NCBI GenBank assembly: GCA_030167865.1
Contig: JALAGF010006708.1
Span: 1-62,933 of the forward strand
Direction of reading: 5' to 3'
Length of the DNA stretch: 62,933 nt
Source: Craspedostauros australis
Taxonomy: Eukaryota
A model generated the notes under the pieces. That model was not told the origin of the DNA and did not search any database. It saw only the letters and a program-made list of their open reading frames with translations. Below are positions 33,995 to 42,597 of this stretch, piece after piece; within the stretch, counting starts at the first letter, position 1; each line of letters starts with the position of its first letter. A program made the position numbers and the translations under genes.

Positions 33995-34465
33995 CGTTGC
34001 TGTCTATTCTATCATGATCGGAGCAGCCACGGCCATGGAAGAGTGATAAATGCGATGGAACACCGATCGCGCCGCTAATCACGCAACCGATGTTTTTGGA
34101 ACCTTCTTGCTTTTGTGTTGTGCGTGACATGTGGCATGGCAACTTCCCTTGTTTCTTGTTGGCTTGCAGTTCGCGACAAATAGGTATTGTAAAAATAAGA
34201 AAGTCGTAAAACAAGGTAAAAACTGGAAACAATGCCGCGAATTGCACGATTTGTTTCAAAATTGATGATTGATAAAGAGGTAATACAAAAACCAAACAGC
34301 GAATTCTCACAATTTCATGACGAATCGTGGTCATCAACACGGGCATCCACAGCCTCATGGACATGTGCATGGACATTCAGTTCGTTGTCTCCAACACCCA
34401 CCAAGAGACAACATAAAGTAGTACGAGTATCGACGGCTGATACCACAGCGACCCTTCGTTCAAGG

Positions 34466-36169
34466 ATGCGCTCAGATACCAGCACAAGGTCGAAGTTTGC
34501 TTTTCTCATCGGCGTGATCGGCGTCTTGTTTGCGACCACGGTGTTGTACACAACGAAGAAGCTCAGTGACGCACAACAGCTTCAACAGTTTGCTGAAGAG
34601 ACTCTGGCGATCCAACCGTTGGATGTGGATGATGAAGCAAGCAGTGGCACCGCCGTCGCTGCTGCTCGTCCTTTACACACTGCTGCTCAACAAAGGCCAA
34701 TCAATGATGCTTCCGCATCGCACACGAGCCGACAGCCGTCGAGCCAACCTGCGAAATCAAATTCGGTTGTTGGCGAACAATTGCACAGAGACCTCGATGG
34801 TGTGGATGAAGGGCGCTTGGCATCGCCCAACCTCAACACGGGGTTGGAAACTTCAGCTGCAGGCATAACAGAGACGAGAATTACGTGGACGGTGCCCGCC
34901 AACGGTGGAAACGATGACCCATCCAACTATCAGAATACAATCGAAAAGAGCAGCGCCAACAGGAACGGGACAGTTGCAGAAACAGCCGCCGATAACGACG
35001 ACGACGAAGAAGATGAAGCCGAAGACATGCTGGCGCGCCAATGGCGGTCAGTTCAGAAGTATTCCCACAAGCCAGAGCAGCACCTTCGCGGTGGTGCTCG
35101 GTACGCTCCATTCGTACCCAAGCGCAATCAAGGACGCAAAGACTTGGCACAAAAGTGCGTCCAAGCTGGAGAGGGCGGGATTTTCTTCAAGCACTTCCGC
35201 AAGGCCGGCGGAACAACGGTGGGGAAGTCCATACGGAATGCTGCATGTCGGCGATACTGTGATGTTCCCAAACCCATGTACGGCAGCGAGTTCCCGTACC
35301 TGAATCCACAAGTGTTTGCCAAGACTGGCATGCTCAATTCCACCATCTTCCTCACATCGCTGCGTCATCCGGTCGATCGCATCGTTTCGATGTATTGGTT
35401 CGAAGGACGGTGGCCACGCATCTGCGGCCTGCCGTGCGAACGGAAGCGCGAAAAGACGAATCGGACCAAGACGGCCGATCTCTGCGAATGGGTGGACCAT
35501 GTGCATGCTCAGACCGATTTCAGACGGTTGCGATACACGCGGCACAATCAGTGCGGGCAATGGACGTCGGTGGAGAACTACTACATCCGCACGCTGCTGG
35601 GTGTGGATTCCGCTCGCAATGGGGAAGAAAAGAAACTAACACCGTACGGTCGTGGGTTTCTCAACATCACGTTGACGCGGCGCCATTTGGATCAGGCCAA
35701 GAAGATATTGGATAACTTCGATCTCATCATGATCCAGGAACAGATGAGGCAACCGTCGAACATGACCCGCATGCTTCACGCCATTATTGGTTCCGCAACA
35801 GACGATCCGTATCGAATGGGAGTCCATCGCAAGGGCGACGAGCGCCACTCCGAATCGTACGTAAATCCGACGGATGTTGAGCTTGAAAAGTTGCGTCAGC
35901 TGAATGAATTGGACATCGAACTGTACGAATACGCGGTCGAGCTGAGCGCACGGACTGTGGAGAGATGGCTGGCAAAATCGGAAAGAGCATCGTACAAACA
36001 GGAACTTGAGGAATTCGACGCTGCACAGAGCTGCAACCGGCCGGACATCCTTCCATCGAGAGACATCATCAAGACAACGATCGGTGGGCGGGGATGCAAC
36101 ACGCATGGAGCCTTCTTTTACTACAGCGGTGACTGCATGCTGCACAGTCGGGTGCCGAACTATAGTTAA
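34466..36169 (+). CDS. Type II membrane (Golgi-type) sulfotransferase
   Basis: N-terminal TM, long stem, 5'-PSB HFRKAGGTT, 3'-PB LRHPVDRIVSMY, C-terminal LNELDIELYEYA. Start taken as the ATG preceding the TM helix. Confidence 0.85.
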   Translation: MRSDTSTRSKFAFLIGVIGVLFATTVLYTTKKLSDAQQLQQFAEETLAIQPLDVDDEASSGTAVAAARPLHTAAQQRPINDASASHTSRQPSSQPAKSNSVVGEQLHRDLDGVDEGRLASPNLNTGLETSAAGITETRITWTVPANGGNDDPSNYQNTIEKSSANRNGTVAETAADNDDDEEDEAEDMLARQWRSVQKYSHKPEQHLRGGARYAPFVPKRNQGRKDLAQKCVQAGEGGIFFKHFRKAGGTTVGKSIRNAACRRYCDVPKPMYGSEFPYLNPQVFAKTGMLNSTIFLTSLRHPVDRIVSMYWFEGRWPRICGLPCERKREKTNRTKTADLCEWVDHVHAQTDFRRLRYTRHNQCGQWTSVENYYIRTLLGVDSARNGEEKKLTPYGRGFLNITLTRRHLDQAKKILDNFDLIMIQEQMRQPSNMTRMLHAIIGSATDDPYRMGVHRKGDERHSESYVNPTDVELEKLRQLNELDIELYEYAVELSARTVERWLAKSERASYKQELEEFDAAQSCNRPDILPSRDIIKTTIGGRGCNTHGAFFYYSGDCMLHSRVPNYS

Positions 36170-36676
36170 GAAGTGCGCGATGATGGATGATGTACTACTT
36201 GAGTGAGAGGATGTTGGCTATTTCTTCTCTCCTCTACCTGCAGTCTTTGCAACTCGCGTTGGTGGCCCATAGTAGTTTGGTTTGAAGGTCACGTGTATGG
36301 GATTCAGATGATGGACGGAGATCGATCAGTCACGAGGTCGCATCGTGTCAAACTCCCATCTTCAGCGTTGATGTCACAAACGTCGCAACGATGATGCCGA
36401 ACCAACCCACCTTCATTCCTTGTATCCACCAAGCTTGACTACACATTTTCGATTGCAATAGCGGCAGAAGCGAAACACAAGGCAACAGCAATCGCATCTG
36501 TGTGAGTACCAGTCGGAATTTATCATACGAGTACAAATGTCTATCGCCATGGAGCAGAACTTGCAAAGACTTGGATCCAAAGTCTCGCCATTCCGGACAA
36601 TAGACCATCTGCATAGTCTTTCTTTGGTGCTATAGATCTTGCACTCATTCGTTGCATGGCTTGTCGTGGAGGCAAC

Positions 36677-37990
36677 TTACGTCGTCTTGCCAGCCATGGC
36701 TTTCCGAACCAGCTCGAGCAATGCTGGACGATCCATCTCGGACTCCAAATGCACTCCCTTGCATTCATTCAAGCAACCATACAGCTCCACCATCGACATC
36801 TTTCCGTATTTATCGGAACCAACACGAGTGCTTTCTGTGTCTTTTCGAGAGATATGGATCGCCTCCATCAAATCGGCACATCCAGCCAGCTCGCGAAACT
36901 TCGAGTTGTCGACCAGCGCATTCAAGTCCTTCGCTGCCATTTGGATGGCTGCTTCCTTCAGAACCATGCAGTTGTGCTCGTCCGCAAAGAGCAACAGGCC
37001 AATCAAGGTGTCTTGCGATAGATGCTTGTCGATCAGCTTGGCTTCAACGATGACCTTGAATTGCCAGCAATGGAAATGGGCTGCAACGATCCCCAATTGT
37101 TGTAAACCTTCCAGCCGAGCCATCTCGCTGCCATCCAGGAAGGAAGTGTCGCCTGAGTAGATGTACTTCAGCACGCATCGAACATTAGTGGGATGGAAGT
37201 CGGGAAGGGTGATGATGCGTTCGTTGGTTGTGCGTGACGAGACCATGTTGCTGCCTTTGCTGTTGATGCTTTCGTTGAGCATCGCCTTGATGGATGGTAC
37301 TGAGGCCAACAAAATCGAGCTGCATGCCTTGATGGTTTGCTGTTGATCGTCGCGACCGACGAGGAAAGTGATGTCTGTCATGAGGTTGCTTTCGAGAGCA
37401 GCGAGCCTGTCTTGATTGATGTTGCGATGGCTCATTTGGATCAATGTATTCGTTGCGTTGATTGTTTTCGCGCCCTTCGAATCTGACTGTCGGAACCGAG
37501 ATGACAGGTACTCCGCAATCGCAACATCATGGCGTTGTCTTAGAACCTGCAGCGGTGTTTGATTCTTCTGATTGAGAACTGTGACGTCCGCTTTGCATGA
37601 TTCTATGAGGAATTTGATGACATCCAATCTGCCGCACATTGCTGCGTAGTGCAATGGTGTATTCCCATAGTTATCTTTGATGTCGACGCCAACATTGAGT
37701 GATTCCGCAAGACACTTGACGATGCCCAATTGCTTGCACATGCTTGCATAATGAAGCGGTGTGCGCCCAACCATGTCACTGACATCAACAGCCGCATTGC
37801 ACTCTTTCACCAGGTATCTGGCGGTATCCAACTTATCATTCATGCATGCTTTGTGAAGCGGAGTGTAGCCAGAATTGTCTTGGATATCGACGAGTCCACC
37901 GTGTGCTTTCACCAGGCGTTTCACAAAGCATAAATTGCCCTGTCTGCATGCGTTATGAAGTATCGTCGAGTAGCTACGATCCACGATCAT
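36677..37990 (-). CDS. Ankyrin repeat + BTB/POZ protein, 5'-truncated paralog of 58866-60191
   Basis: Four ankyrin repeats (TILH, GYTPLH, GRTPLH, GNTPLH); BTB DITFLVG...LPDFHP...VLKYIYSG. Upstream in-frame relic carries a TAA at 38009-38011. Confidence 0.8.
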   Translation of the reverse strand: MIVDRSYSTILHNACRQGNLCFVKRLVKAHGGLVDIQDNSGYTPLHKACMNDKLDTARYLVKECNAAVDVSDMVGRTPLHYASMCKQLGIVKCLAESLNVGVDIKDNYGNTPLHYAAMCGRLDVIKFLIESCKADVTVLNQKNQTPLQVLRQRHDVAIAEYLSSRFRQSDSKGAKTINATNTLIQMSHRNINQDRLAALESNLMTDITFLVGRDDQQQTIKACSSILLASVPSIKAMLNESINSKGSNMVSSRTTNERIITLPDFHPTNVRCVLKYIYSGDTSFLDGSEMARLEGLQQLGIVAAHFHCWQFKVIVEAKLIDKHLSQDTLIGLLLFADEHNCMVLKEAAIQMAAKDLNALVDNSKFRELAGCADLMEAIHISRKDTESTRVGSDKYGKMSMVELYGCLNECKGVHLESEMDRPALLELVRKAMAGKTT

Positions 37991-39216
37991 GTCGACGAGC
38001 GTATGTGGTTATTGTGCCCGCCACGCCGTGATGGTGAGTATGCTTCCTCGAGACAAAGCTTCGATCAACTGTTCACTTTTAATGATGTGCTTGGCTGCAA
38101 CGTTCTTGGCTGGGTGATGTGTTTTAAGATGGTTGGGATGCCTGAGAACTGCGCGTGGATTTTCTCAGAAGTGTAATCTTGAGGTGATCAGAGTGCGTGA
38201 AGAGAAATTATGGGTTGCGATCGCAAATCTGACGGAAGTTGGGTTGCCTTTGTTTCCTCTCGTACTTCCTCGAGGTGGAGTCGCAGCTGCTTCATGATCT
38301 CCTCGCATTGCCTTGTCGTGGGCTGATCCACGATGCTGATCCACGATGGCGGTCGTTCGTGGTTTTCATCAGTTGGCTTGGCGTCAGCGTTTGTTCAATT
38401 TCATTTCGATTTTGCGAGAAATGATCTCGCTCGCAGTTGTACAATACGAGCAAAAGTTCCACGATCATCAATTGAAGAAACAGAAGAGCCACATGAAGCC
38501 AGCACAGTTAGCATGGATGCGTCTCCTCACATAATACATCGATCGAGCACACTCAAACAATTGATCCCATTTCAACTGTCGTATCCATGTGATTGGAAAC
38601 TCCGAGACTCTCGCTCCATCTCTCTGCAAAGAGAGAAAGAGAGATTATGGTCCAGAGGTTGCTTTGACTCGTACCGGAACGGCGACTCCCATGACTTTCG
38701 AATCAGAGAATAGTTCGGAGCCGATTCAATCAAAGCCACACAAAAATAGAGCAGGACCCTCCAATACTCAAACATTGGCTGTGCCAACGTACGTATCCCG
38801 TGACATTGTATCGCATACGAGTACATTCAAGTGTGTGGTAGTTCGTATGCTCCGCTACTCGTCTGGTAGCATCACATATTTCGTTTCGGCGGAATTCCAA
38901 ACGGATGAATCTAGAAGTCAAGGAATCCTTGGAATAGTCGGACGTCTGTCATGTGTACGAACGTCGAGACAAAATGCCGATGACAAGGATGACCCGATTT
39001 CGTCATTCGTCTCGTGGCGAAAGTCCCAAAGCAGGCTTCATCCATCATCTCCGCGCAACGGTCCAGTGGACACGAAGTGCGCACAGAGAGCGACCATCGC
39101 ACAAGTGGGAAACCTGCGAACTCAACCACAATCATAATCGCGATCCGTTGGACAAGTGCACAGGTGGGAGCTACCATACCCAAAGAGACATAGAAAGCAA
39201 GTGAGAGAGAGAGAAG

Positions 39217-40889
39217 ATGCAGCCGCTGCGTAGAGTCGCCGTGGTGTCCATCCTGTACCTGGCCGCCGCCGCCTTCTCCGGACAGGCCCAGGCGCAGTCG
39301 GAAAGAAATGACATGGAGACATGGTCTGCCGGCAAGCTGCGCGCGAAGGGAGAGGAGGCTCTGTCCCTGCGCAACTACGGCGATGCGCTCAAGTTCTACA
39401 ACAAGGCCGCCGTGCTGGAACCGCAGAACGCCGCCAACTACTTCAAGCTGTACAAGGTCCACAGCCGCATGCGCCGATACGCGGATGCCGTCGGCGATCT
39501 GACCAAAGCCCTGGAGGTGGATCCCAGCAACACCAGCTACCGCATGCAGAAGGCGAAGCTCCTCAAGTCGCTGGGCCAGTGCGACCGCTCCGTGCAGGAA
39601 TTGCAGCAGATCAGCGAACCCACGGAAGACATTCAGAACCTGCTGGCCGAGGCGCAGAGCTGCGAGTCCGACATCGCGCATGCCCAGAGCGCCTTGCTCA
39701 ACCAGGACTATGAGACGGCGGCGGCCATGTTCCAGAGCGCCTTGCGTCACGTCGAACAGGCGTCGGATCTGCTGTGGCAGAAGTCGCAGGCATTGTACGA
39801 GCTCAAGGACTACTACGGCGTCATCAGCGACACCGGGCAGATCCTCAAGCAGCACTCGCAGCATCTCGACGCCTACCGGCTGCGCGGACAGGCCTACACC
39901 AGGTTGGGGGAGCATGAATTGGCATTGAAGCATTTCCGCGAGGGTCTCAAGCTCGATCCCGAGCACAAGGGTTGCAAGGAGGGGCACAAGTTCGTCAAGA
40001 GCATCGAAAAGAAGAAAAAGAAAGCCGACAGCGCCTTCGAAAAGGGCAATTACCAGGAAGCCATTGCGAATTACTGGAAGGCCATCAACGTCGATCCTTC
40101 GCACATCAACTTCTTCAAGCCGACCCTTCTCAAGATCGTCGAGGCGCACACCAAGCTCGGCGAGCACGACATGGCCATCATGGAGGCGCAGAAGCACGTC
40201 GATCATCAAGAAACAATTGAGGGTCTGTGGGCCTTGGGTGCGGCGCAGACGGCGGCCGAGAAGTTCCAGGAGGCCGTCCACACCTACCATCGTGCCACGG
40301 AGGTTGCGGCCGATTCCGACAAGCAGGCCGCCAATGAGAAGCTCCGCGAAGCGCAGGTGGCGTTGAAGCAGAGCAAGGAGAAGAATTACTACAAGATTCT
40401 GGGCATTCCACGCACGGCGACATCGAAGGAGATCAAGAAGGCGTACCGAGAATTGGCGCTCAAATGGCAGTACGTTGATGTGTTGTTTCATGCAATTCGA
40501 GAATCGTTGAGTTGGGTTGAGCTGTGCAACCGCAATGCGATTGTGTTTGTGTTCAGTTGGTGTGCGGTACACAGACGCTTATTCACTCACTCTCTCGTTC
40601 CCGCCTTCGTCACTGTCTCTCTGTTTGTATCCACTCACAATACTCGTGCAGCCCCGACAAGAATGCCGACAACAAGGAAGAAGCTAGCAAGCAGTTCCAA
40701 GACATCGGTGAGGCCTACGAGGTGCTGTCCGACAAGGAATTGCGTGGCAAGTATGATCGTGGTGAGGAAGTCTTTGAAAACCAAGGCGGCGGTGGCGGTG
40801 GCGGAGGTCATCATTTCAACGCGCAGCAATTCTTCCATCAGCACATGGGACAAGGCGGTGGACAGCGCATGCACTTTCGATATGGATAA
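39217..40889 (+). CDS. DNAJC3: ER co-chaperone P58IPK/DNAJC3 (signal peptide, TPRs, J domain), 2 exons
   Basis: Exons 39217-40469 and 40652-40889; splicing restores [33 protein letters not shown]. Confidence 0.93.
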
Positions 40890-40990
40890 TTGTTATTCTA
40901 ATAGAGTGTCAGTTGACAATTCATGAATGCATTGGCATAGTATTCTACTCGTGCATACTCTACTATATGACCGTCCCATCAGCGGCACGT

Positions 40991-41078
40991 GGGTTTCGAG
41001 AATTGTCACAAGATCACAACGCAAACGGAAGAGTTCGCTTGCCCTACGCGATCTCGATCATTCATCTCAGAAAATCCC
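40991..41078 (-). promoter_or_regulatory. SECIS element (type II-like) in the 3'UTR of the selenoprotein gene
   Basis: Minus strand: GGGAUUUUCUGAGA pairs with UCUCGAAACCC (helix I); core AUGAU (41061-41057) faces UGAC (41008-41005); helix II CGAGAUCGC/GUGAUCUUG (9 contiguous pairs, two G-U); apical ministem GCAAGCG/CGUUUGC. Paired by eye. Confidence 0.8.
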
Positions 41079-41151
41079 TCTCGATCGTTGCTCGCTCATG
41101 GAATGCCACTGCATCCTGTCTGCACACACTCTGGCGCAGACATTGAGACAT

Positions 41152-41885
41152 TTACCGGAACCAATCCGGAACGTCTTCACCCAAATCCTCCAGCGCCTGC
41201 TGCATGGCGAGTTTCACTTCGGGCAAGGCACGTCGCGAAGTGATTTGTCGGGTCCCCGACACGATCTGTTTGCCCTCCGAATCGACGATTCGAAGGTACC
41301 CCCATCAGCTGTGGGCCAGACCGGCACCCCACACTTTCATCGGTTTGTTGCGTCGGGCGTCGGAACGGTCCCACGTGTTGAAGGCGCACGGGACGCTGGG
41401 TGGCGCAATCGTCGGTGTGCAGCAATAGGATGTGGGGCGGCAATGTTGGTAGAGATGGCATTCAATGAAGACAGCGGTGAGTGAAGAACGGTCACCACAA
41501 CATCAATTTTGCACCCAAAGCAATCACAAATCAACGCAAGTCAACGCAAAGCACAATGACGCCGATCCAACACTTACAATAGCTCCTCGGCCGCGCGCTT
41601 GATGATCGGATCTGCAAAGATGGCGCCAGCATCTTTGCATCCTTGTCAGCCGCTCCATTCCACGAAATTGCAGAAGATTGGCTTGCCGGTCTCCTTGGCG
41701 ACATCCAGCGCCGTCTGGTAGTCACCGTGCTTGCCGTCCGATGTCAGGTTGACATACTGGATGGTGCCCAATTCGACGTATTCCGGAGGCGGGGGTTGCC
41801 ACTGCCGATTGGGATCGGCTTGCATTGCCTTCGTTGCTGCGGACAACGCAACCTCCTTCTTCTTGTTGCGTTGGAAGAAGCCCAT
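41152..41885 (-). CDS. Thioredoxin-like selenoprotein (UxxC), 183 aa, two in-frame UGA codons, 2 exons
   Basis: Exons 41885-41578 and 41395-41152 (GTAAGT...CAG). Translation: ...ELGTIQY...DYQTALDVAKETGKPIFCNFVEWSG-U-QGCKDAGAIFADPIIKRAAEELFVPCAFNTW...GLAHS-U-WGYLRIVDSEGKQIV...ALEDLGEDVPDWFR*. TGA at 41646-41648 and 41305-41307; SECIS downstream. Confidence 0.85.
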
Positions 41886-42597
41886 CGCGCGGGTGTGTTG
41901 GTTTGAATGCGGCGAGACGCTGCCTCTTCCTTCTATGATGCCTGCGTTTGGCTGGGTTTCGCTTCTCTCAGTGGCCTGCCCTCTGTCTGCACTGCTTCTG
42001 CTGGCTCTCGTTTGTTCGATTGTTGGAGTTCACCAACTTGTGAGAACCAAGTAAAGCCAAGCACAGGAGCGGAGCAGAGCAAGAGAGGCGCGTGGGGAGT
42101 GTTCCCCAACCTCCGATTGATCCGGACACCTTGCTTGCGCTGCCCTTCGTGACACCAACCACAACAGCACGATCGCAACGTCCTGAGCAGTTTTGCGAAA
42201 CAAGACAGGTTGATTGCCCCGTTCACGGATCCCAGGAGTCGTGCCAACCCACACATGCGAAGGATCCACGATTGAATTCTGCGGTGCTTGAAGCCCAATG
42301 AGAAAAGTCGGAATGGTGTCGCATGCGACATGATGCGTCGTGTAGGCGCGCGCACAAAGCGCGCCATCTAAAATGTCAATTGCGCAAGAAAGAGAGCAGA
42401 TCGAATGCGAGAAAGGTGGAGAAGAGGAACGGCAAACAACCCAAGACCCCAAAAAGGAATCGAACAGGACGAGACATTGGCTTCAAAGGAGACACAAAGA
42501 TAGTATACGTAGAACGAGTGCTGACCCATTCCGGTTGGAGCCATTGTTGTGGTTGCGAGGCAGCAGAAATCCAACATCCCTCGAGCGGAGTGTCGCG

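Noticed and set aside
40975..41010. Alternative SECIS register GUGAC...AAA...UGAU with canonical adenosines
   Set aside because: The arms (AAUUCUCG vs ACGUGCCGC) do not pair; the AUGAU/UGAC register pairs fully.
40927..41484. 185-aa plus-strand ORF
   Set aside because: Antisense to selenoprotein exon 2 and its SECIS; no recognisable features.
41646..41885. 79-aa ORF as a complete small protein, or the locus as a plain pseudogene
   Set aside because: The TGA sits in a UxxC motif, the frame and splice sites continue cleanly, and a SECIS follows. A pseudogene reading remains possible only through the second TGA, reported separately.
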